DNA of 63,988 nucleotides, the filler included, from Ministeria vibrans ATCC 50519 (taxonomy: Eukaryota; Protista; Filasterea): assembly GCA_943704425.1 (NCBI GenBank). It is 13 parts of 13 records of this genome, joined end to end, with 100 filler letters (N's around TTAATTAATTAA, not from the genome) between each part and the next. Parts side by side here need not be neighbours in the genome. Positions count along the whole stretch, not along the records: positions 19,996 to 32,648 come from CALSCP010002779.1; positions 32,749 to 34,594 come from CALSCP010001733.1; positions 34,695 to 47,848 come from CALSCP010000434.1; 10 more parts are not named here. One strand, written 5' to 3'. The notes below the pieces were generated by a model that saw only the letters and a program-made list of their open reading frames with translations, did no database searches and was not told the origin of the DNA. Shown here one piece after another: positions 23,294-34,849 of this stretch (position 1 is its first letter; each line of letters starts with the position of its first letter). A program made the position numbers and the translations under genes.

Positions 23294-24283
23294 TTATAAC
23301 AAGTGTTGGTCGCGGGAGGGGAAGAAACGTTCCTTGTGCGCGAGAAGACGGTCGAAAGTCGAGCGGAGCATTCCGCCCTTTTTGCGATGGGGCGCATTCT
23401 CATTGGCAGAGCGGCCGCCTGTGCTGCTGGTGAGGTCGTCAGTGGATGATGTGGGAAGGAGGCCGTCGGCGGACGAGAGCGACACGAAGAAGGTGAAGGG
23501 GATCATCCACACACAGAGCGTGAAAAATGCGACAATCTAAATCACATGGAATATTTCATTGGTTGTGTTGTGTGGTTGTTTTGCTTTTGATTCGCTCGCT
23601 TACCTCGCCAAACTCATACCACGTCGATGAGAAATGGTTGAAGACAATGTAGTGATGGACAACGAGCATGGCTGAGGAAGGAGAAAAGGTGTAGAGAGAC
23701 AGAGTGAGATGAGGGACTCACACTGCACACACTGACCGGTGGAGATGAGAAAGATGGGCGATGTGAGGGCAGTAAAGGGGAAGGTGTTGAGCATGCCGTA
23801 GTAACAAAGATGCGCGGCAACGCCGGTTCCAACCAGGAGCGCCGGCATGCCGTCGACAAGAAAGAGCAGGACGTGCAGGATGAGCACCAGCTACACACAG
23901 AGAGGGACGACAAAGAGTGTCAGCAGCCCATTCCACCTGCACGCGGCGCCTGTCCCGCTCCGTGCCACCGCCCGCCCTCCCAATGGATGCACCGTGCAGG
24001 CGGGCACCAGCGCCCGTTGCGACAGTGGCGTGTGTGTGACACGTCTCATCTCCTCACCTGAATTGCATGCTTAATCACACGCTTTGTCGGCGCCGTGTAC
24101 TCTTCTACTACCTCGCTGAGGTAATAGAGACCGCAGGCTAAACACGACGGCAAGACGGATGCAGTCAGTGAGCGCCAAAACCGAATTTGTTTTGTGAGAC
24201 TCTTCTCAGTTCTCACCAATGCTCAGCGTCGCAAGAACAATCAGCAGGAAGGCCGATATATAGTTTAATACAAACAAGATCAT
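23294..24283 (-). CDS. TEX261: TEX261/Svp26 (Erv26) ER-export transmembrane adaptor
   Basis: ACGLYYLSEVVEEYT, FPFTALTSPIF, IVAFFTLCVWMIPFTFFVSLSS. Confidence 0.9.
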
Positions 24284-24383
24284 CACTTCAAACCAAAAAT
24301 AAAATGAGAGCGAGTGATCAGTGGACAGTGGCCACAGTAGGTAGTGAGTGAGTGACTAGTGAGCGCTCGAGTCTCTGATGAAT

Positions 24384-24407
24384 TGAATATTGAATATTCA
24401 ATATTCA
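24384..24407. promoter_or_regulatory. Perfect 24-bp palindrome with GAAnnTTC (HSE-like) core in the divergent TEX261/HSP70 intergenic region
   Basis: TGAATATTGAATATTCAATATTCA equals its own reverse complement. Regulatory role is inferred. Confidence 0.35.
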
Positions 24408-24535
24408 TTATTTTTTCTGCTTGGTCTCAATGAACTTTCTCTCACGACTTGCTAACCCCCTTCGGGTAAGTCTGCTTGGGATCTTGTCTTGTCCTATATC
24501 GTCTCGATGACTTCCTTTGCTCTTTTTCCAAAAAA

Positions 24536-24570
<35 letters not shown>

Positions 24571-25184
24571 GCCGGTCGTTTCTTTGACTGTCACGTTTTG
24601 TCGCTGGAAATCGACTGTGGCTCGGCGCCCGCCAGATCCTGCTGCTGACCGTAGCGCTCCACCGAGCATGCGCGGCTCCCCCAAACGCCCCCTCATTTGT
24701 CCGCCATGTGGCTCCCACGCGATTTTTTCGTTGTGATCAGTCTCGAACAATCGTCAAGTGTCGCACAAACGTCGCACTCTGACTCCCGCCGCTCTTGCGT
24801 CATCTGATCGCTTCCTGCGCCCCACGCGTTTCGTTGACCCCGAGCAACGACGCTCCCAGCCGCTCTCTTGAGCGATCACTCCAATTCATAGCCAAAATGA
24901 CAAAATCGTCGTTTTTTTTTTTTTTTTTTTTTTTTTTTTNNNNNNNNNNGAACAAAGATTTCACTCTTTTGTTGGTGTATTGTACAAGAGAAATTAATAA
25001 AGAGAGAGGTTCTCTCTTCTCTCTGTGCCCATCACAACGCCTCTCCGACTCCACGAGCACGGCACAGCACCTGTCTCACATCCGCGACCACCCCCCCTCC
25101 CCATTATTTCGTCGTCTTCTTCTTCTCTCTGCGCTTGTCCTTTTCTCATCATGAAATGTGTCTCGTATGTCTTGTCACTCTCAG

Positions 25185-27472
25185 GCGCACTCGCGTTTGG
25201 CAGTCAACGCCACGGCGCAGTCCGTCCGCCACAACTCAGGCGTCCGTGGCCACATTATTGGCATCGATCTGGGCACGACCAACTCGTGCGTGTCCATTAT
25301 GGAGGGCAAGACGGCCAAGGTGCTGGAGAACGCCGAGGGAGCGCGCACTACGCCGAGCGTGGTCGCCTTTACCGACAGCGGCGAGCGCATTGTCGGTCAG
25401 CCGGCCAAGCGCCAGGCAGCCACCAACCCCAAGAACACGCTCACGGCCACCAAGCGTCTCATTGGACGTCGTTTCACCGACGAAGAGGTGCAACGCGACA
25501 GGAAGATTAGCGCCTACGAAATCGTCAAGGCTCCCAACGGCGACGCGTGGGTGCGCGCTCAGGGCAAGGACTACAGCCCCAGCCAGGTGGGTGCTTTTGT
25601 GCTCACCAAGATGAAGGAGACAGCCGAGAGCTACCTCGGCTCCAAGGTGAACAACGCTGTTGTGACCGTCCCCGCCTACTTCAACGACTCGCAGCGCCAG
25701 GCGACCAAGGACGCCGGTAAGATTGCGGGCCTCGACGTCAAGCGCGTCATCAACGAGCCTACGGCAGCAGCCCTCGCCTACGGCATGGACAAGGGCGAAG
25801 ACAAGGTTATCGCCGTCTACGACTTGGGTGGTGGCACCTTCGACGTGAGCATCCTCGAAATCTCAAAGGGTGTCTTTGAAGTCAAGGCCACCAATGGCGA
25901 CACCTTCCTCGGTGGCGAGGACTTTGACAACCGCATCGTCGACTACCTTGTCGCCGAATTTAAGAAGCAGGAAAGCATCGATCTCCGCAAGGTAATATTT
26001 CTCCCAACACACTTGATCGATCCATGTGCCTTTTCGTTTTCGTCGTCGGTTCGAACTGTTTTTTTATATTTAATTTTATTATTATTATGTGTAGGACCCC
26101 TTTGCTCTGCAGCGCATCCGTGAAGCGGCCGAGAAGGCCAAAATTGAACTGTCTTCGTCCGTCCAGACGGAAATCAACATCCCATACATCATGTCGAATG
26201 AGACTGGTCCCAAGCATCTTGTCCACAAGATGACCCGTTCCAAGCTCGAGTCGCTCGTCGCCGACCTCATCTCGCGTACTATCGCCCCTTGCGAGAAGTG
26301 CCTCAAGGACAGCAACCTCACCAAGGACAAGGTATCACGCAGAAGAAAGTACATCGCGATTTTATAATTCTATGTTTGACTTTCGCTACAAACGTTTACC
26401 AGATTCAAGAATCGCTCTGACACTTTCCCTGTTTTTTTTTTCTTCTGTTTTCAGATTCACGACGTCATCCTGGTCGGTGGCATGACCCGCATGCCCAAGG
26501 TTGCCGAGACTGTCAAGAACGCATTTGGCCGCGAGCCCTCCAAGGCGGTCAACCCCGACGAGGCAGTGGCCATTGGCGCCGCCATTCAGGGTGGTGTGCT
26601 CGCCGGCGATGTCAAGGATGTCCTTCTCCTCGACGTCACTCCCCTCTCCCTCGGTATTGAGACCGTCGGTCGTCTTTTCACCCGCATGATCAACCGCAAC
26701 ACGTAATAAGAAGACGAATAAGAATAATATTACAATCGATTCAAGACTAATCATTTTAATTCTTTGTTGTGTGTGTGTGTTGTACAGGACTATCCCGACA
26801 AAGAAGAGCAAGGTGTTCTCGACGGCCGCCGACGGTCAGACGCAGGTGGGCATCAAGGTGCTGCAGGGCGAGCGCGAGATGGCCGACGACAACCAGATGC
26901 TGGGCGAGTTCAACTTGGTGGGAATCCCGCCGGCTGCGCGCGGTGTGCCCCAGATTGAGGTCACCTTTGACATTGACGCCAATGGTATTGTCAACGTGTC
27001 CGCACGCGACAAGGGCACCGGCAAGGAGCAGCAGATCTCCATTCAGAGCAGTGGCGGTCTCTCGTCCGACCAAATTGAGAAGATGGTCCGCGACGCGGAG
27101 CTGCACGCCGCTGAGGATGCCGCCAAGAAGAACACGGTCGAGGCAAAGAACACCGCCGAGAGCATTGTACACGACACGGAGAAGGCCATTGACGAGCACC
27201 GCGAAAAGCTCGACAAGAGCGACGTCGAGGAGGTCGAGGCGGCCATCAAGGACTTCAAGGACTCCCTCGCCACCGAAACGGACGCTGAGGCTATCCGCGT
27301 GGGTGGCTCAGAGCTCCAAAAGAAGTCGCTCAAGATCTTCGAGAGCATCTACAAGAACAAGGGCTCCTCCGACTCCTCCGACTCCTCTGATTCCTCTTCC
27401 TCTGAATCTTCCTCCTCGTCGTCCGAGGAGCCCAAGGCCAAGGACGCCGAATACGAGGACGTCAAGAAGTAG
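25185..27472 (+). CDS. HSPA9: Mitochondrial HSP70 (mortalin/DnaK-like); first exon not resolved, near the N gap
   Basis: [62 protein letters not shown]; no EEVD or KDEL at the C-terminus. Confidence 0.95.
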
Positions 27473-27661
27473 TCACCCCCCCCCCCTATCAAAATCAATC
27501 GAACAAGAAAAGCCACTAATAAAAATAATAAATTTGTTTTGTAAAAAAAAAAGGAAAATGAATAAATCTGATTCGCGAATTGGCTCCATTTATTTTCTTT
27601 TCATTTCTCTCTCACACCCGCACTCACATCCCTCTCTCCATCTCTCTGCATTGGTCTCCGG

Positions 27662-30600
27662 CTAGTCTTCGCCCTCGTCCATCGCTGCTCCTGCGTTCAC
27701 ATTGATCTTGACAGCGTACTCCTGGTCCACGCCCATGTAGCAGTCACTCACAAGCATCAGCTTCAGCGAGTGGCTCCCTTCACTCGGCGCCGCAAACTCC
27801 ATCTTCACCTTGGCCTACACACACGCACACACAAATAAATCATTGTCAGTTTCACTTGTACATAAAATTGTTGGAATTATTTTTTCCCTACCTTCTTGAC
27901 AAGGGTGAGTCGCTTAATGGACAGCAGATTGTTCGTCTTGGTGTCGCCCACGACAACCCACCAGCCCTCAGGCTTCTTCGTGGGAAACAGAGGCGCAATG
28001 ACCGGCCCGATGTTGTCGTTCGAGCTGGACGCTGCTTCTTCGTCGTCGTCATCATCGTCGTCGCGCACCACGTCCACACTGATGCTCACGGCGTCGCCCT
28101 CGGTCACCTGGCCGTCGTTGGCGACCTCAAATGACATGTCGACACTCGGGTAGCGGTTGCAGTAGCGCGCCACGTCTTGCACCTGTGCACCCGTCAGTCC
28201 CTTGAGCACTGCCGCTCGATCATCGTCTTCGAGCTCCACCAAGTCAAAGACAGACTCAACCTTACGCTCGTCACATCGCTTCAGCATGTCACGGCCAAAG
28301 TGAGGTACTTGCTTCAGCGGCGAGTCCTTGTCCCACACTGCCTGTACCGCCATCTGTGCCAGGTCCATGGCCGCAAGCGCCGGCTGAAGCCACCCATTGC
28401 TGCTGAGCACATCGACACATGCCTGGACCAGCGGCAGCACCTTGCGCAGAATCTCCGACTGGTCGTGTTGCAGTTCGGGACTGAGATGCACCCGCGAAAA
28501 GTGCGCTTGCAACAGCAGATTAGTCTTCACATGTGGGTCATTAAACTTGCTATCGGCAGCGAGACGCAGCGGAAGACGTTCTGCAAGTTGCTTCAACACA
28601 ACATCGTCGCGCTGACGCACAGGCACCGTCTCAAACTCCGACGCCGAGCTCACAATCTCAATGAGACCACGCAGCTTGGTCTTGGCCGCAAGCGACAAAC
28701 TAAACAGCTCAATGGTCGTGTAGCTAATATAGTAATAGGCACAGATCATGCCCAGATTGAGCGGCGCCACGTCCACCTCGTCTTCGACTGCGATACACTT
28801 GCTAGCCTCCAGGTCCGCCAGTGTGTTCTCCACCAACTCGCTCATGTAGTCGCTCAAGTGGCGGTGCGTGACGCCCGTCAGCGAGTAGTAGTTGGGGTTC
28901 TTGGTGAGGCGCACATACATAAAGGACCAGGTAAGGTTGTCAACGCAGTCCTGCTTGTTCTGGATCGTCTTGGCGACAATCTCCGCGTTGAACGCGTCGT
29001 GCAAACAGTGGTCCAGGTGCGACTCAATCGGCAGCGGCTCGTACAGGAAGCGCTTGTACAGCTCCTTCTTGGACTGCTGGCACATGACGAGGCACACGCT
29101 CGAGTCGTCGACGCCCGGTCGGTTCGCACAGCCCACCATCTGAAGCACGTCACTAATGGGGTAGTCGTCATAGCGATGCTCCCGGCCATTGTACAACTGT
29201 GTGTCCATCACAATGACCATGTGTGACGCTACCTGGATCTCCCAGCACAGGTCGCGAGGACACACCAGCACCTGTATGGCGCCCACGCGGAAGCCTTGCT
29301 CCACTGCCTTGCGTTCGCTCTCCGTCTGGCCCTCGTGCACATAACCCACGCCGCTCTTGAGCAGCTCCACAAGCGTCTCGTCGCGAGCCACGCTGCTCAG
29401 AATAGGCGCAAGGTCCTCCTCTTCGCAATGAAGGAATGAGGCGGCATTGCGGTCGCTTGCCTGAAGCGCCGATACCTCCAGTGCCACCGTGCGCGTGTGG
29501 CGACGCGACGGCACAAACACAATGACGGGCTTCTCGGCACTGTACTGTTGGATCGACGAGTAGGCGGGCTTCACCATCGAGTTGAGACGTGTCTGTGCAT
29601 GGCTAATGGCAAATCCACTGATGTGCAGCTCGAGAGGCACTGGCCGCACATTGGGATGGAAGTTGTAGGTCGCTTGTGACGACACCCCAAGCCACTTGCT
29701 CACATCGCGTGCGTTCGCCAATGGACTGCTCAGTGCCACAATGCGCAGTGGAGCGGTGCGGCTATCATCGGCACTCATGTAGCGCATGCGCGAGCACACC
29801 ACTTCGAGTGTGGGACCCGAGCGACCTCCGAGTAACTGTAGCTGATCCGCAATGAACAGGGCAATCGACTTGACATTCTTGCGTTGCTTCCAGCGGCGCG
29901 ACAGCATGTCCCAATGCTCGGGTGTCGACACAATGATGCGACCACGCTCGAGCAAATGCAAGTCAACCTTCATCTCGCCCGTAAGCTGCACGACCGCGCA
30001 GTTTTCGAGCTCGCCGAAGCGTGCACGCCAGTCGGCAAGGCGTGCTGCCGCCAACGATGCCAGGGGTGTCACGTAGACACAACGACCACGCGGCTGCTGC
30101 TTGATCATGCGCAAAATGGCAAACTCAGCACAGACGGTCTTGCCGGAGCCGGCGGGGGCACCAATAAAGGCGTTGTCGTCGGTGCCAAAGAGCGTGTTGA
30201 ACACCTGCGTCTGGATGGGGTTGAAGTAGCGCTGTTGGCGCGCGTACAGTCGCTCAAAGGCCGGCTCACGAAACGCGCTCACGGGCAACGGTTGCAGGTC
30301 AAGCAGCTCGGTGGGAGGCGCGTTCTTCTCCGGCAACAACAGGTGACGGAACGAGATGGGCAGTTGAGTCTCGGAGCCGAGCCAGCGGTCGCTAACAATG
30401 CGCACAAAGTACTGAGGTGACATGGGCTCGAAAAGGGGCACGTAGAACGAGAGGGTGTGCTCGTCGTTGGCATAGCGCTTCTTGAGCACAAAAACTTCGT
30501 GGTGCAGCAACTGCTCGCCATCGACGTCCTCGACAAACACCCAAAAGGTTTGAACACTGCCGTGAATCTTGTCATCCCACTGGAAGTCGGGTGTGACGGT

Positions 30601-32507
30601 GAGCTCGACACGAAGCGTCGCGCGCGAGATGGGCTGCACGTGAGCGCGCAAGTCGAGCTTGGGGAACTGTCGCACAAACTTGTGGACCACCTTGCCTAGC
30701 TTGGGAGCGTGAATGAGGTCGCCAAGCTCGACGTAGTTGAGATCGTAGAGGCGGTCCCAGGTGAATTCGGAGTTGCGCTCGAGCGAGCGCACCACCTCAA
30801 TGGGCACGCGACGGAACTGACGCAGCGGGCTCATGCTGCCCCACATGCGGTGCTCGATCATTTTGCACAGGGTCAGAATCTTGTCGGTGAGTTGCGCCCA
30901 GCCACGACGCACCACTACCTCGTACATGGCGCGACACAGACGACCCGCCGACTGCGTCACGTAGACCATGTCGGCCATGAGAGCGAATCCCTCGAGCTTG
31001 AGACGGCTGATGTACGCCTGCAGCAGAATGTTGATCTTCGCGCTGGGCTCGTCGATGCTCTCCTTCACGGGGATAGGTACGTGCTCCGAGAGCTTCTGCA
31101 ACTCAAGCTTCTCCTCCTGACGAACCGTGATAAACTTGAACTCGCCGCTCAGCGAGAAGACACGAAAGAGCTCAATGTCCGACAGTGTCGGCTTCAGCAT
31201 CTGGTTGTAGGTCGCCATGGTCTCCATGCTGCAGTAGTAGTGTGCAGCAATGCGGCCCAGGTCCGTCGACTGGATCACACCGGCCTTCTTGTCGTAGCGC
31301 ACGAGGCCGTGCTTGTCGAGCTGGAGCGCCGCCGAGTGCACCAAGTCGGCACGACGGTTCTCCAACAGCGGGTCCGTCTGAAGATCGTCGGCACTGACCG
31401 AGTAGACGGCCGGCGAACGCAACATGCGCACGTACAGGTAGCTGTAGCCCAGCCACTGGGAGGCTTCGCGAGCGCTGCGCACGGAGCCGCTGACCGTCTC
31501 CGCATTGAGATTGTCACAGAGTCGCTTGACCATCTGGGACTCGACAGGCAGCTGCTGATTGAGCAGACTCAAGTAGTACTGCAGCTCCGAGTGGCCTGTG
31601 ATGAGCACACCCTCGCCAGTGGTGTCAAACTGCGGTCGCCCAGCGCGTCCAAGCATCTGCAGCACGTCGAGGGCACCCAGTTCGACCCATTTGCCCTTGT
31701 CGGGCGAGTAAATTTGCGTTCCCTTGATGATGACACGATGTGCTGGCAGGTTGACGCCCCAGGCAAGCGTGGCAGTGCTCACAAGCACTTGCAAGTGGTT
31801 GTCGGCGTACAAGTCCTCGACGAGACGACGGTCGACCTTGTTGAGACCCGCGTGATGGATGGCAAATCCGTAGGGCAGCAGTTCTTTCAGGTCGGCATTC
31901 TCGGCGTTTTCCGCCTCGGAGCGCAACACTTCGACCGAGGCGCTGTCGGCGCGCAAAAAGTTGCCGAGCGTGTCGCGCTCCATGGCCATGTCACGCAGCT
32001 GGCGTGCCGTCTTGGCTGTCTCCTTGCGCGAGTGCACAAACACAAGCACCTGGTCGCCCGTGCCCGCACCCGCACATTCCACCACCTTCTCGTACGTGAC
32101 TTCGTTCATGAGCGCAAGGCGCTTGATCGCCTTCTTCTCGGTGATGCCGACATACTGCTGCTCGAGCGGCACGGGACGGTAGCTGTTGTCAAAGTGGTGG
32201 AGGCCGGTAGACGGGTTGACGCGCAAGAAGGTCGCAACGTCCTCGTAGTTAGGCAGTGTCGCCGACAAACCCACCAGACGCACCTTGTCGTGGGTTTGCT
32301 CGCACGTGCGCAGTGTACGTGCCACAATGCTCTCGAGTACGGGCCCTCGCTCGTCGTGCAGCAGATGGATCTCGTCAATGATGACAAGTGTCACCAGTCG
32401 TGTGAAAGAACGATCGCCCGACTTGCGCGTGATAATGTCCCATTTTTCTGGTGTACAAATGATCATCTGAGTTTGTTCAATTTGTTCCTTGCTCAACTGA
32501 GAGTCAC
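27662..32507 (-). CDS. SNRNP200: U5 snRNP 200-kDa helicase Brr2, 5' truncated
   Basis: [53 protein letters not shown], two Sec63 units and a second helicase cassette ([22 protein letters not shown]). Confidence 0.98.
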
Positions 32508-32547
32508 CTACAAAAAAAAAGGTGAACAAGACGAAAGAAAGAGAGAG

Positions 32548-32648
<101 letters not shown>

Positions 32649-32962
32649 NNNNNNNNNNNNNNNNNNNNNNNNNNNNNNNNNNNNNNNNNNNNTTAATTAA
32701 TTAANNNNNNNNNNNNNNNNNNNNNNNNNNNNNNNNNNNNNNNNNNNNCTGTGACTGGCTGAGAGTGTACGCTTCACTTGTGCGCAGTGAGCTGGAGGAG
32801 CGCAATGCGAGTGAGTCTGTGATTGTGCGTGAGCTGCAGTTGTTGTGTGAGAGTGAGCGAGTGCCGTCGTCGTTTGCTGGCTGGCTGTTGCGTGTGCAGA
32901 AGGAGAGGGAAGAGGGAAGAGGGGAGTGGGTGTAGTGCGGTGGATCTCGACGCGTCGTTTAG

Positions 32963-33343
32963 CGACTGGCCAATGGTCAATTCAAGTGTCGAATGGTGCG
33001 ACCGGCGACGGGACAGGTGTGTGACACTGCACCATTTACAAAGAGACGTGTGGGTGACCATTTCGGTTTCTATCATGTGCTGAGTGTGTATCGCACTCGA
33101 TGTGCCATCTGCTCGCAATCAGTGTCGCGGGCGAACAATCTGCGTTATCACCTGCGCCGATGCCACTCTACTGTGTTCACTGACACTGTGTTGGCGTCGA
33201 ACTGGAAGAGTGTGTACAGCTGTCATGTGCGGAGTGCAATGATGCGAGAGGGAAAGAGTGAGAGTGCGATTGAGAGAGAATTGAGGATTTTGTATGAGAG
33301 TGAGAGAGTGCCTGCCTTGTTTCACAAGTGGGCAACACAATAA
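32963..33343 (+). CDS. Last exon of a C2H2 zinc-finger protein
   Basis: After a TTTAG acceptor: FKCRMVRPATGQVC...DHFGFYH and CAICSQSVSRANNLRYHLRRCH. Confidence 0.6.
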   Translation, partial: RLANGQFKCRMVRPATGQVCDTAPFTKRRVGDHFGFYHVLSVYRTRCAICSQSVSRANNLRYHLRRCHSTVFTDTVLASNWKSVYSCHVRSAMMREGKSESAIERELRILYESERVPALFHKWATQ

Positions 33344-33547
33344 ACATTTCTTTTTGTTGACGGATTGACGCGAAATGTTGGATTTTTTTTTTAAATTTAT
33401 CAGTGTTTTTTACTCTAGGAGATAAAAGTACAAAGCCATAAAGAGTAATACAATGCTTTCACCATAGGCTAGCCCCAGAAAATGAAGCACTCATAGACTA
33501 AAGATACGCTCTCAAAGCAAGCGTACAAAAAATTCAAGGATTTTGGA

Positions 33548-33985
33548 GAGAGTACGCACACCGAGAGCACGCATGCGCACACCAAGAGCACTCACAATAC
33601 CAAGAACACGCAAACCGAGAGCACGCACTCCAAGAGCACGCACACCGAGAGCACGCACACCGAGAGCACGCATGCGCACACCACGAGCACTCACAATACC
33701 AAGAACACGCAAACCGAGAGCACGCACTCCAAGAGCACGCACTCCGAGAGCACGCACTCCGAGAGCACGAATGCGCACACCAAGAGCACTCACAACACCA
33801 AAAACACGTACACCGAGACTCCGAGAGCACGCACTCCAAGAGCACACATGCGCACACCAAGAGCACTCACAACACCAAAAACACGCACACCGAGACTCCA
33901 AGAGCACGCACTCCAAGAGCACACATGCGCACACTGAGAGCACTTACAATACCAAGAACACGCACACCGAGAGCACGCACTCCGA
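33548..33985. repeat. Minisatellite of 15/18/21-bp CCRAGAGCACGCAC-type units, organised in a 99-bp higher-order repeat
   Basis: The ATGCGCACACCA landmark recurs near 33573, 33672 and 33771. Confidence 0.9.
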
Positions 33986-34243
33986 CTGCCTCCTTGAGCG
34001 CACGGCTGGCCATGCTCGCCGGCACGTGCGAGACAGCAACGCCGGCAGCAGCGTGAAGCTTCTGAGACGCTTCACGTACGGCGGCGGCCAGTGATTGAGA
34101 CGTCACGGTGGCAGGATGGGGCGGGGAACCAGCCTGTGCATGTGATCTTGTGATAAGTAGTGTCACTGACTCACTGAGTCTCACTGTTAAGCTTTCACTT
34201 TAAAACTTTTCTTTCTCGAGTCTCGACTCTTAACTTTTTGTCT

Positions 34244-34508
34244 ATGACATCGTATTTCCTCAAGTTAGACACGGCACCAGATCACAATGAAGACGCGCTT
34301 GCGGCCCTTAAGATCCGCTCTCGATTGGATCTGATTGATGATCGAGTGTATCTCACAAACTTTTTTGGAGCTCGCAATCGCAGCAAATTGAAGGAGGCGG
34401 GCATCACGCACGTTGTAGTGTGTGCCAAGGTGACAGTCGCATGCGTTTGAGTGCAAAGCTGAACCTGTACGCGTAGGAATTGCCCCTTTTATACGAAAGT
34501 GAACTTGA
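34244..34508 (+). CDS. Dual-specificity phosphatase, N-terminal exons (3' truncated)
   Basis: DLIDDRVYLTNFFGARNRSKLKEAGITHVVVCA matches the start of the DSPc domain; catalytic motif not in the contig. Confidence 0.65.
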
Positions 34509-34528
34509 GTAACATTTCGTTGCCGTTC

Positions 34529-34575
<47 letters not shown>

Positions 34576-34694
34576 TTCACACACTCCTTCCGCANNNNNN
34601 NNNNNNNNNNNNNNNNNNNNNNNNNNNNNNNNNNNNNNTTAATTAATTAANNNNNNNNNNNNNNNNNNNNNNNNNNNNNNNNNNNNNNNNNNNN

Positions 34695-34793
<99 letters not shown>

Positions 34794-34849
34794 CTTTGTT
34801 TCTTTGTGACTGTACTTCTTTACCAATCACACGTTTAAAATTATTATAG

